Assembly: GCF_009914755.1 (NCBI RefSeq)
Contig: NC_060940.1
Length of the DNA stretch: 64,000 bases
Origin: the human T2T-CHM13v2.0 reference genome, Homo sapiens
Reading direction: 5' to 3' (one strand)
The position numbers were made by a program, and so were the translations under genes. Below the pieces are notes generated by a model. It had not been told where the DNA came from and did not search any database. It saw only the letters and a program-made list of their open reading frames with translations. This document shows positions 13,014 to 26,662 of this stretch, piece by piece. Each line of letters starts with the position of its first letter. Position 1 is the stretch's first letter.

Positions 13014-15962
13014 GATTTTAACTTAGAAGGATGTAAGGATCAAGCAGTGTTGCCATCCTGCTGGTAGAGACCGAAAATAAATCCAATCCCAAAAAGGTGA
13101 GAGGGAGGAGAGGGAGAAACTAGGTCCTGTGACATTGTGTGAGCACCTGAATCCAGCCATACCTGAAGCTAGCTCATATCCTGAACTTAAGAAATTCCCT
13201 TGTCATTCTCTTACCATTATAGGCCAGGGTGTCTGCCACTTGTGTGGAAAGATTCCTGAGAAAAAAGAGTGAAATGGAGTAGAGAAAATAGGGGCCAGTG
13301 AACGTCCTTTTTACTTTCAAATGCTGGCACTAGCAGGCAATGATTCAATCCCCTCTGCAGCCCTCTCACAGACTCACCCAGTTTTGTCACCATTATTCAG
13401 CCAGCAGCTTCCACCTCTGCCTGATGTGATGGGAAAGGAGCGGAGAGGCTGTCTGATGGCTTCAGTCTTTTTTTGTCTGGGCACACTGTGATCTCACACT
13501 CCATTCCCCTAGCTGGAGAGATGAGCCATCCTTCTGACTTATCACTCTCTGTTTCTGTTTGCATTTGTTTTCATCACCCTCCAGCAAGATGCTATGAGAG
13601 ATTGTTCCAAAAAAGTGCATCCTAGGGAAGGCACTGATTTCAGAGTAACCAGTATTCTCTGCTAGGATGCAGCCCTGTCGGGATTATCCACATGGGGCCA
13701 GAGCTCTTTGCCAAGAGCTCCTAATAATTCTCTAAGCATGGCCTGCATTGAACCCTGCGTCACAGCAGGGCAGAAGCTGCTGCTGGGGGCTAAGTGGCTG
13801 CAGCTGTGCAGGTTAAAGGTTTGCAAGGCAGGGAGCCAATAGATGATTACAGTCTTAGGAGCACTCAATGTACCATTGGTGCTCCACCCATCACCCCAGG
13901 ACCCTACCATGAGAGAGGCAGCAAGAAGTGCAGGAGGCAGGAACCTAGAAACGCCCTGATGTGAGAGCTTTCTGATATGCAGTCACTTAGTGCAATTGAG
14001 ATGAGCCCGGGCAAGCAGAGTCTGATCTGTTTTTAGCTTAGCAAGGGAAATCAAAGATACCAGATATGGACCAGAGAGAGAGAAAGGGAGTGAGTATCCT
14101 ACATCTGTTATGATGTGATTTGGGGCTAGGAGTCAACTCTGAGACTACATACAAAACAGTAAGCCCAGGAAGGGTCAGGGAGGGGAGAGAGAGGGAAGAA
14201 TACGAAAATCTAAAGTAAGATTCACAGACTCAAATGACCTCAGGCCTAAAACAGGAAAAATAACTGGATGAGCCATGCTGGGAAAAGATCATGGAGAACT
14301 GGAGAGCTTAAATCTGCTAACATAAGCAGCTGCTATTCAACTCAAACTAGGTGGAAAGAAACAGTAGTGCTGTGCAGTTGTTCTAGAGAAGTCAAAAGTC
14401 TGTAGGATCTTTTCAAAGTGGAATAAGTTACTTTTTAAATAGTGATCACGAATTCAGGTCTTTTTTTTGTTTTTTAAAAGACAATAAGGACTTCTGGTTT
14501 TCAGTTCAGCAAACATGAGGCTTAGAACTCACCACTCCATCCTAACAGCATGTTAGAAGCTGAACAAACAGAAATCAACAGCACTTCATAGATTCATCAG
14601 AGAAGTAAGGACACAGGGCAAACTGCTGCCCCAAAACTGGAAAGACATACAGATAGATACAGAAAATCACAGCTTATTAGAGTAGGAACCCATGAGCAAA
14701 AACCTTTATAGGAACCAGTGCCAGGGTGGGAAAATCAGAACTGTAGTGAATGAGTTTCTGCAGGCTTAGTGCAGACAAGTCTAAGTCTTAGTTTAGACAA
14801 GTCTGAACATTCTGGAGGGATTTGGTCATTGGAGACCCCACACTTGGGTGAGCTTTACCTCTAGGACCCTGACCCGATTCTCACAGTGAATATTAGAGAA
14901 AAATCCCCTCTTGCTTCCAATAGAGGGAGGGAGAAATGAACCATCCTGAAATACACCAGAGCATTCTGTTTTTGACAAAGCCTGCATGCAGAAGAAACTT
15001 TTTTTTCCCAGAGTGTAACCCTCTGGGGTTTTATCAGAGCCTAAACTGATCTGTGAAAAGGGAAATACCCAACCCTAGCCCCATATAGCCATTCTGGCCC
15101 ATCAAACGGGTGTGGGGGAGGCTGAGAAGCACTGGTAAGGTTTACAGTCCAGAGGCATTAGGGTCACTAAAAGACTGAAACACAATCATAGGACAACAGA
15201 ATGCTTTCTCTTCCCCCTACCCTATCACCCCACTTACTAAAGACCTATTACTGCTATGCCTTTTTACTCAATACATCATGTCCACATTTCAACAAGAAAA
15301 TACAAGGCATACTAAAAGGTAAAAACACAGCTTGAGGAGTCTGAACAAGCATCAGAACCAAAGTCTGATGTAACAGGAATGTTGGAATTATCAGACCAGG
15401 ATTTTTTAAAACTATTATTAATATGCTAAGGGCTTTGGTGGGAAAAATAGACAACATGCAAGAATAGATGGATAATGTAAACAGAGAGATGGAAATTCTA
15501 AGAAAGAGTAAAAAAATACTGGAGACTGTAAACAATGTAACAGAAATGAAGAATGCCTTTGATGGACTCATTAGTAGAATGAATGTGCCTGAGGAAAGAA
15601 TCTCTGAGCTTGAGGATATGATAATAGAAACTTCCAAAACTGAAATGCAAAGAGAAAAGGGACTAGGAAAAAAAAAACCCAAAACAGAATATCCAAAAAC
15701 TGTGGGACAACTACAAAAGATATAAATACACGTATTGGGAATACCACAAGAAGAGGGAAAAAAGAAGCAGAAGCAATATTTGAAGGAATAATGACTGAGA
15801 ATTTCCCCCCAAATGAATGTTAGACACTAAATCATAAATCCAGGAAGGTCAGAGAACACCAGCCTGGATAAATCCCTAAGAAAACTCCATCTGGGTATAT
15901 CATTTTCAAACTTCAGAAAATTTAAGATAAAGGAAAATCTTGAAACAAGTCAGAGAGAAAAA

Positions 15963-16080
15963 TACAGAGAAGCAAAGATAAGAATTACTACAGAGAAGCA
16001 AAGATAAGAATTGCTACAAAGAATTACTGCAGAGAAGCAAAGATAAGAATTAACTACAGAGAAGCAAAGATAAGAATTAT
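15963..16080 (+). repeat. ~26-bp tandem repeat, about 4.5 copies
   Basis: tacagagaagcaaagataagaatt repeated. Confidence 0.9.
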
Positions 16081-16623
16081 TGCCAACCTCTCCTCAGAAA
16101 CCATGCAAGTAAAAAGAGAGTGGAGCGAAACATTTAAAGTGTTGAGAGGAAAAACACCCCACCAACCTGGAAATCTGTACCCTGCAAAATTATCCTCCAA
16201 ATGTGAAGGAGAAATAAAGACTTTCTCCGACAAAAAAGTGGGAGAATTTGTTACCAATAGACCTGCCTTCCAAGAAATGTTAAAAAAAAAAGTTCTTCAG
16301 AGAGAAGTAAAATAATACAGGCAAGAAACTCATATTTATATAAAGAAAGGGAGAGCATCAGAGAATCAATAAGTAAAGGTAAAATTAAAACCTCTTTTTA
16401 AAATTTTAATTAATTTAACAGCAGTTTGTTCAAAATAATCATAGCAATGTATTTGATGATGTATGCTTGTGTGTGTATACAATTATGCTTAAGTATAAGT
16501 GAAATTAATAACAGCAATGATATGAGAAACAGGAAGGATTAGAATGATTTTGTTATTATAAAGTATGTGTCCTATCTGTGAGCCATAAAGTGTTATTTGG
16601 AAGTAGACTTGGATTAGGTGTAA

Positions 16624-17037
16624 TGAAACCAGCTCAATACTCCCATAGACTCTTCTTTTAGGTAAACACAGACATTGACCCCTCTGCTGTTAAAACTTGA
16701 AACTTCTATTTGTTTTATCTGAGTTCCTTCCTAGGAAAGGACCTTCAGGCCTCTCAAAACAAGTATCAAAGAACTGAAACTCACTAAAGCCCAGTACCAG
16801 ATGCCTCCTTACCCCTCCCTAGTTCTTGTTTTCTTACACATTGTTACATTTCTTCCCTGCTATATAAACCCTTAGTTTTAGTCAGTCAGGGAGATGGATT
16901 TGAGACTGAGCTTTCATCTCCTTGGCTCCAGCACCCAGTTAAAGCCTTCTTCCCTGGCAATACTTGTCATCTCAGTCACTGGCTTTCTGTGTAGTGAGCA
17001 GCAGGACCTAGACCAAACCCCTGGTGTTTCAGTAACA
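16624..17037 (+). mobile_element. ERV1 solo LTR, MER66-like
   Basis: TGAAACCAG...tatataaa...ggacctagaccaaacccctggtgtttcagtaaCA; interrupts the L1 inter-ORF region. Confidence 0.8.
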
Positions 17038-17079
17038 GAACTGTATATTTGCAAACTCTAGAGCAACCCCTAAAAAAGG

Positions 17080-17247
17080 TGAAGAAGAAGGAGGAGGAGG
17101 GAGGAAGAGGAGGAAGAGGAGCAATGGGAGGAGGAGGAGGGAAGAAGGAGAAGGAGAGGGAGAAGGAGGAGGAGGAGAAGAAGGAGGGGGAGGGAGAGGA
17201 GAAGGAGGGGGAGGGAGAGGAGAAGGAGGAGATAGCAGCAGCAGCAT
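17080..17247. repeat. GA-rich (GAG/GAA) low-complexity tract
   Basis: gaagaagaaggaggaggag... Confidence 0.9.
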
Positions 17248-18166
17248 AACTGATATGCTAAGAAAGGAAAGAATATATAATCATATCAAATGCCCAGTTA
17301 AAACAACAAAAGGTAGAAAAAGTGTGGAAAACAAAAATAGGAACAAAGAGAAAGGACAACAAACAGAAAACAGTAACAAATATGGTAGCCATTACTCTAA
17401 CTATATCAGTAATTAAACATCAATGGTCTAAACATGCCAATTAGAATACAGAAATTGTCAGAATAGATAAAAAAAGACCCTATATATGTTGTCTACAAGA
17501 AACCCACTTTAAATATAAAGATGAGTATATATTAAAAGTAAAGGGGTGGAGAAAGATATACTATGCTAACACTAATCAAAAGAAAGTGGGAGTAGCCATA
17601 CGAATTTAAGACAGAAGATTTCAGAGCAAGGAAAATACCAGAGATGAAGAGATGCATTATATAAAGGGGTCAATATGTTCCAGGAAGAAATAACAACCCT
17701 TAATATGTATGCATCCAACAACAGAGCATCAAAATATGTGATGCAAAAACTGATAGAACTTCAGAGAAAATAGATAAATCCACTATTATAGTTGGAGATC
17801 TTAACACCCTTCTATCAAAAATGGACAGCTCCAGCAGGCAGAGAAATCAGTAAAAACACAGTTGAACTCAATAGGACCATCAATCAACTGGATATAATAG
17901 ATGCCTATAAACTACTTAATCCAACAACAGCAGAATACACATTATTCTCAAGCTCACATGAAACACCAAGAGACATGACATTCTGGGCTGTTAAACATAC
18001 GTTAACAATTATAAAATTTAAAAAGATCATATGATGTCTGCTCTCAGACCACAGTGGAACTCAACTGGAAATTAATAACAGAAAGACAGCTGGAAAATCC
18101 CAAAACACTTGGACATTAAGCAACACACTTCTAAATAACACATAGGTAAAATAAAACATCCAAAGG

Positions 18167-19481
18167 TGTGTCTGGAATTGGTGGGTTCTTGGTCTCACTG
18201 ACTTCAAGGATGAAGCCACGGACCCTCGTGGTGAGTGTTACAGTTCTTAAAGGTGGCGTGTCCAGAGTTTGTTCCTTCTGATGTTCGGATGTGTTCGGAG
18301 TTTCTTCCTTCTGGTGGGTTCGTGGTCTCCCTGGCTCAGGAGTGAAGCTGCAGACCTTCGTGGTGAGTGTTACAGCTCTTAAGGCCGTGCGTCTGGAGTT
18401 GTTCATTCCTCCTGGTGGGTTCGTGGTCTCGCTGGCTTCAGGAGTGAAGCTGCAGACCTTCACGGTGTGTGTTACAGCTCATAAAGGCAGCGTGGACCCA
18501 AAGAGTGAGCAGCAGCAAGATTTATTGCAAAGAGGGAAAGAACAAAGCTTCCACAGTGCAGAAGGGGACCCCAGCGGGTTGCCACTGCTGGCGCGGATAG
18601 CCTGCTTTTATTCTCTTATCTGGCCCCACCCACATCCTGCTGATTGGTTCATTTTACAGAGAGCCGAGTGGTCTGTTTTGACAGGGCGCTGATTGGTGCG
18701 TTTACAATCCCTGAGCTAGACACAAAGGTTCTCCAGTCCCCACTAGATTAGCTAGATACAGAGTGTCCACACAAAGGTTCTCCAAGTCCCCACCAGAGTA
18801 GCTAGATACAGAGTGTCGATTGGTGTATTTACAATCCCTTTGCTAGACATAAAGGTTCTCCAAGTCCCCACCAGACTCAGGAGCCCAGCTGGCTTCACCC
18901 AGTGGATCCTGCACCAGGGCCGCAGGTGGAGCTGCCTGCCAGTCCCGCACCGTGTGCCGCACTCCTCAGCCCTTGGGTGGTCGATGGGACTGGGCGCCAT
19001 GGAGCAGGGGGCGGCGCTCGTCGGGGAGGCTTGGGCTGCACAGGAGTCCACGGAGGAGGCGGGGAGGCTCAGGCATGGCGGGCTGCAGGTCCCGAGCCCT
19101 GCCCGCAGGAAGGCAGCTAAGGCCTGGCGAGAAGTTGAACACAGCAGCTGCTGGCCCAGGTGCTAAGCCCCTCACTGCCCGGGGTCCGCGGGGCTGGCCG
19201 GCCACTCCGAGTGCGGGGCCCGCGGAGCCCACGCCCACCCGGAACTCGCGCTGGCCTGCAAGCACCACGTGCAGCGCTGGTTGCAGCCCGCACCTCTCCC
19301 TCTACACCTCCCCGCAAGCTGAGGGAGCCGGCTCCCGCCTCGGCCAGCCCAGGGAGGGGCTCCCACAGTGCAGCAGCAAACTGAAGGTCTCCTCAAGTGC
19401 TGCCAAAGTGGGAGCCCAGGCAGAGGAGGGGCCGAGAGAGAGCGAGGGCTGTGAGGGCTGCCAGCAGGCTGTCACCTCTCA
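18167..19481 (-). mobile_element. LTR12-family (ERV9) solo LTR, complete
   Basis: Minus strand starts TGAGAGGTGACAGC and ends GAACCCACCAATTCCAGACACA; 4-bp TSD aagg; CCAAT boxes, GC-rich U3, tandem U5 repeats. Confidence 0.95.
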
Positions 19482-20429
19482 AAGGTAAGTTTAAGAATAT
19501 TTTAAACTAAATGAAAATGAAAATACAACTTATCAAAATTCATAGGACATAATAAACGCAACACTTAGACGGGAATTTATAGCATTGAATGCATATATTA
19601 GAAAAGAAGAAATATATAGGATCAATAAGCTAACATTCCAACTTAAGAAATTAGAAAAATGAATATCAAATGTAATCCAAAATAAGCAGAAGAGATATAA
19701 TTTTTAAAAAATTAGGGAAGAAATCAATGAAATTAAAAACAGGAAATCAATAGAAAAATCAACCATTAAAAAGCTGGTTATTTGAAAAGATGAATAAAAT
19801 CTATAAGCCTCTAGCCAGGCTAACTAAAGAGAGAAGACACAAATTACTAACATCAGAAATAAAAAGGGACTATCAGTACAGATCCCATAGACATTAAAAT
19901 AACAATAGAATATTATTAACAACTTCATGCCCACAAGTTTGATAACTTGAGTAAAATGGACCAATTCCTTGAAAAACACAATCTTCCAAAACTTACACAA
20001 GAAGAAACAGACTATCTAAATAGGCTTATATCTATTAAAGAAACTGAATTAATAATTACTAACCATCCAAAACAGAAAGAACTGAGACGAGATGGATTCA
20101 CTGGTGAATTCTGCCAAACATTTAAGAAAGAAAATAAGCTCATTCACTCCAATCTCTTCCAGAAGACATCCAGAAGATAGAAGCAGAAAGATGTCAATTA
20201 TGGATGAGGTTGTGTGTGTGTGGAGACATGGATTTATGAGAATCCTCTGTATTTTCCACTCAATTTTTCTCTGAGCCTAAAACTTCTCTTTAAACAGTTT
20301 ATTAATTTTTAAAAAGCAAAAAAAAAATATGCCACTCAATTGTTTTGGTCTACTGACTGTTATCTGGGGAAGCCCAAAATTTCATTAAGAGATGATTAAT
20401 GGGGAAACTGGGCCTCCTATCCACCCATC

Positions 20430-21057
20430 CATCCATAAATTCATTTATTTATTCATTAACTCTGTCAACAGCAATACCAACTACTATCATCTCAACATAG
20501 AACACAGTGTAATTAAACAACACATATTTATTAAGTGCCTATGATATTCCAAACACTGTTTCTTAGGGCGTGATGTACAGCAGTTAAGGAAAATCAAAAA
20601 TCTCTGCCTTATGAAATTCACAATCTGGTGAAGAGACATTGAGTAAACAAACAAATAATTTTAGAACCTATTGGAAGGTGAGGTGGAGTGAGGAGTAGGG
20701 TGGAGTAGGAGACACAGTTTTAAACAGAGTTGGAAGGGATTGTTTCAGAAGGTGACATTTAGGGAGACTTAAAGGAGGTGAGGGGAATGTATGAGAATGG
20801 CCAGGGAGAGTACTGCAAGCAAAAGGGACAAGAAGAATAAAATCCCTGAGGCAGGGATTTTAATAAATACTGAGCATGTGTAAGTAACAGCCAGGAGGCC
20901 GGGAGGACTGGAGTGGAGTAAGTGAGAAGAGTAATGGGATGTGAAGGCAGAGGGGCACATGGAGTCGATTACACACTCCACAGTAAGGACCCTGCCTTTA
21001 CTAGGAGGGAGCTAAGAGGCCACTGGTTTCAAGCAGATGAGTGAAATGATACGTTTG
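20430..21057 (-). mobile_element. L2
   Basis: catatttattaagtgcctatg...cagaaggtgacattt...gagtgaaatgat. Confidence 0.75.
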
Positions 21058-21409
21058 GTTTATTTATTTATTTATTTAGTGCAATAGGTAGTGATCTCAG
21101 TCCACAAACACAGAAAGAAAATGAACATCACTTCATTTTCCATAAGACATCTCTCACTCATTTCTCACAGGAGAGAAATCTCATCTCAGTCCTTACCATG
21201 CCTCCTACCTTCATCCGAGGTCACTCTTGAATGAGGACAGTGTGTATAAAGGCCGTGACATGAAGGCCTACCTCTAACTGAATTGTGTCATGGTCAATAC
21301 AACAATCACCAATGTCCTTTTCATCTGATCTGTAAGAGGTCCTGTGTCGTGAATGGGGTACGGCTTGAGACCCCTGTCCTAGGATCCTATCTTTTTCTGC
21401 AAGTCATAT

Positions 21410-21740
21410 GTGTTCAGGTAACTCTAGGTGCTGTAACAAATCAATCCAAAATAGTAGTGGCTTAAAGAAATAGAAGATATTTTTTGCTCATGTGATAGTT
21501 CAGGACAGGTGATAATGGTTGGTGGGAAACTTATCTCCACGCATGGTGACAGAGGGACTCAAACTTCTTCCATCTTTCACATTCACAACGCTTTCTGTAT
21601 CCAGAGAGAAGTGAGAAGGGAAGAGAAAAAAAGACACCCATCCACTCCTTAACCACCTTGGTCTAGAATTCACACACATCACTTCTATTTACATTCCACT
21701 GGGGACAACTAGTCACATGACCCCACATAGAGGCAAGAGA
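21410..21740 (-). mobile_element. MLT1-type LTR
   Basis: gctgtaacaaatcaatccaaaatagtagtggcttaaa...cacacacatcacttctatttacattccactgg...actagtcacatg. Confidence 0.7.
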
Positions 21741-22181
21741 GGTTCGAATAGGCCAACCAACATTGGGAAAAATCTGGAAGGTAATGAGGTTGAGGTGGCA
21801 CCAAGGACACTCCACTTAGCCGTGGCTGAGTGTAGATGAGCTACGTTCATGTCAACACACTTGACAGACTATAAATGGATGAACAGCAGGTGGGATCTGT
21901 CTCCCCGAGTGTGAATTCCCACTCTGTCCTTTACTTACAGAGTTCCCTAGAGCAAGTCATCCAACCTCTTTGAGCCTGCTTCGCTCATTAGATTCAGCCA
22001 TCCGTAAAGCACATAGAGCACCTAGCACAGTGCCTGGTAGATAAGAAACATTCAGTCAATGGTATGCAACAATTTAGGTGTAAACTGCAGGTACCTGGAA
22101 TCCAGAACTCTTATTCCATCCAGAGATGTGTACCTATGAGGCCTGACCCTGTTGTAGGCTCTGTTTTAAAATTAGGAGATT

Positions 22182-22538
<357 letters not shown>

Positions 22539-22778
22539 AGATCGTGGTCTATTGACCACATTAGGAGATCATGGTCTTTTGACCACTACACGTATTTGTC
22601 TTATTAATACCCCTCTTGTGTGAGCTGGCTTGAGTGGGTCTCTGTTCTGGGAAACCAAATGCTCTCAAACAAAAGAGAAGATCAGAGGATAGAATGGACT
22701 TATAAAGCAAGAGCTTACTCTGGGAAGTTAGGGCAGAGGGTGAGAATAGGTGTCTTAATAAATAAAATGTCAGGGAAG

Positions 22779-23345
<567 letters not shown>

Positions 23346-24778
23346 AAAATGAATAAAAAGGAAGAAGAGAAAGAAAGAAATATGGAGAAAGGATGGATGC
23401 AAGGATGCAAAGGAGGGAAAGAGAGTGAAGGGGGAAGGGAGAGAAGATGGAAGATAAGAAGGAAGGAAGGAAGGAAGAAAGCTGGAAGGAAGATCTGGGT
23501 TCTGAAGCCTCTTCGAGGATCTACAGATTTCTCTGGCCGGAGCCAAGCATCACTATGATCTGGGCCTGGTCCCAAATGCCCAGTGCTGAGCCACCACTAA
23601 GTGGCCTCGAGTGCAGCAGCAAGCCCACTGCATCCACGGCTTAATAAAGGAGCCGTCATTTTATTGTCAAGAGCAAGTGCCAATCTCATCCAAATCAATT
23701 AATTCCTTAATCACGCTGTGAATGGAGCAGGATGTGAAGCACCCATGTGGGAGCGATGAATATTAGTCGTATTTAACTACCAAATGCTTTTGATACCATA
23801 AAGCATCCTTGAGGTTGCACAATAAAATCCAAAGTTTAACTGGTGGGTAACAAGGCCCCAGGCAATTGTACCTTATTAATGCTGACAACAGGAATATGTA
23901 TGCAAGGCCTCAGCAGCCCGCTACTTAGAGCAATGCCAGCCACCAGCCCCAGAATCGGGATGTGACAAGCATGCAGCTCATTTGCAGAAAGATTTCGGAC
24001 CTCTTTCACTACTAGATTTTTCCCTATACCAACATGTAAATAAATGATCTCCCCCACCCAGCTGTACCCCAACAAATGTTTTGGAAAGGGTTGAGGAATT
24101 GAGAATAGAGTCTTTTGGATACAGGTAGGCAGACACTGGAGAAAGATTTGATGCAGGCAGATTGGGGCTGCCATGTATGATTGTTCACGTTGTGTACTGC
24201 ACAAGGCTTCTGATTGAAGGGGGCAAGGAGAGGCTGAAATTCTTGACTCAATTGTCCTCACCAAGCTGTGTGCTTTGGCATGAAGCTATATCTGTCCTGA
24301 GAAAGACATATTTTTCTTTTCTCTAATCTGACGCTTCAGCAGGCAAAACTTTTTCTAATTTGTTCAACCATATGGGACACTATTTTTCAATTCATCCACT
24401 TGGGAGGGTCATTTTTTTTTTCACTCAGAGGCATATAGGCTAGCAGTGGTCCCTGCAGCAGGTTCAGAATGGCAACCACACCCTTTAGAAAATATCAAAA
24501 CATTAAATGAGTGTAGGAGCACAAAGCCCAAAGTCTCAATTTCTGCCCTGGCTTGGACCAGTCAAAAATGGAGGCTATTCCTGAGTATAGCAGATTTCTG
24601 TGTGTGTTGGGGTGAGGCTGGGAGGTTGAACGGCCTGGCTCCATAAACCCCAAGAGCCTCCAATTTAGACATTGATGCCATTTCAAAGTGAGATTGATTG
24701 TAGGTATAGTCCCGAGGATACACTGGCGGGATAGAAAGAAGAAATCACTCATTCAAAGGCTTTAAAATCTGTGTCCCA

Positions 24779-25171
<393 letters not shown>

Positions 25172-25699
25172 TTATACCTTACTGTGCTTTTTGCCTGTTA
25201 AAAACATCACTTCGTTAAATGTAAACATTTAAAATGCACAATGGTTTTGGTGATTCCACTCTGAAGCATTTCTTTACTTAAAAAGAAAACCCCAGGCAAA
25301 TGCCTGAAGCTCTCTCCACCTCTGAGGGGTCCTGGGCATTGGAATCACAGAAGCCAAAAGCCTTAACCCCTGCAAGTGTGACCCTGGGCACGTCTTGCTC
25401 CTCTGTCACCACCAGGCTAGAATCTCCTTGAGGTCATAATTATGGCTTATTCATCTATGGCACCAAAAATCTATCCCAGTGTCTGACACATAGTAGGAAC
25501 TAGTAATGCTTTCATGTGCTTACTATATGCTAAAAACTGTAGTAAGTACTGTATGTATATTAACTAATTCATTCCTCATTTTAGCCCCACAAGGGAGCAT
25601 TACGCTGGTAACTTACCCATTGTTGGTAACTTACCCAGCACTATGCTGGTAACTTACCCATTGTCTCTCAGCCCCTAAAACACTCTCTATAGCATACTC

Positions 25700-26013
25700 C
25701 AGGGGCCAGCACACAGTTTTCTGTAAAGGGCCAGATGGTAAACATTTTAGACTTTGCAGGCCTTAAGGGCTCTGTCAAAACTGCTCAGATCTTCCATGGC
25801 AGCACAGAACTCCCATAGACAACATATAAACATATCCACATGGCTGGAGTTTATGGACACTGAAATATGTATGTTGTAGAATTTTTACATCATAAAATAT
25901 TACGCTCTTTTTAAAAAAATGTAACTATTTAAAAATGTGAGAGCTTTTCTTAAATACTGGGTCATACAAAAACAGGAGTCATGTGGTCTGTGGTGTACTT
26001 TGCCAGCCTCTTG
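25700..26013 (+). mobile_element. MER58 (hAT-Charlie)
   Basis: cagggg...ttttctgtaaagggccagatggtaaacattttagactttgcaggcc...tttgccagcctc. Confidence 0.85.
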
Positions 26014-26159
26014 CTGGACTCTGTGATTCTGGGGCTGGAGGTCTGCACACTGCATTTCCCAGAATTTCTTGATGCCTGGCTCTCTGCTGGCTTCTGTTAC
26101 TAGGAGGCACAGCTGAAAGATTGGCAGGAGGAGGGAAGAAGGGTTGTACTCCTGTCTAG

Positions 26160-26532
<373 letters not shown>

Positions 26533-26662
26533 CCCTTCAGCTTCTTTTGCCATCCCCAGCATCAGCCCCTAGTGCCCCAGAGATGTAAACACCAGCCACT
26601 TGGTATCTCCAGGGACCTAAGAACCACCTATTGGAGCACCTCCCTTCAAGAGTCAACCACCC

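Larger units (their letters stand above)
14488..20330 (+). mobile_element. Old L1M (MC/MD-type): 5' UTR, degraded ORF1, ORF2 endonuclease region, then a jump to the 3' end; split by two LTRs
   Basis: ORF1 relics (MDNVNREMEILRK..., LYPAKLSSKCEGEIKTF) and ORF2 relics (gtctacaagaaacccac; MDQFLEKHNLPKLTQEE; DGFTGEF); multiple stops and frameshifts. Confidence 0.88.

Noticed and set aside
15468-16315. ORFs with real protein similarity (coiled coil, LYPAKLS motif)
   Set aside because: Fragmented L1 ORF1 relics with stops and frameshifts; not functional CDS.
18230-18490. Regularly spaced direct repeats superficially like a CRISPR array
   Set aside because: Known tandem U5 repeats of LTR12 in primate DNA; no unique spacers or cas genes.
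18131-19488. Cluster of long overlapping ORFs (up to 178 aa) and CpG-rich sequence
   Set aside because: Entirely within the GC-rich LTR12; not a gene or a host CpG-island promoter.
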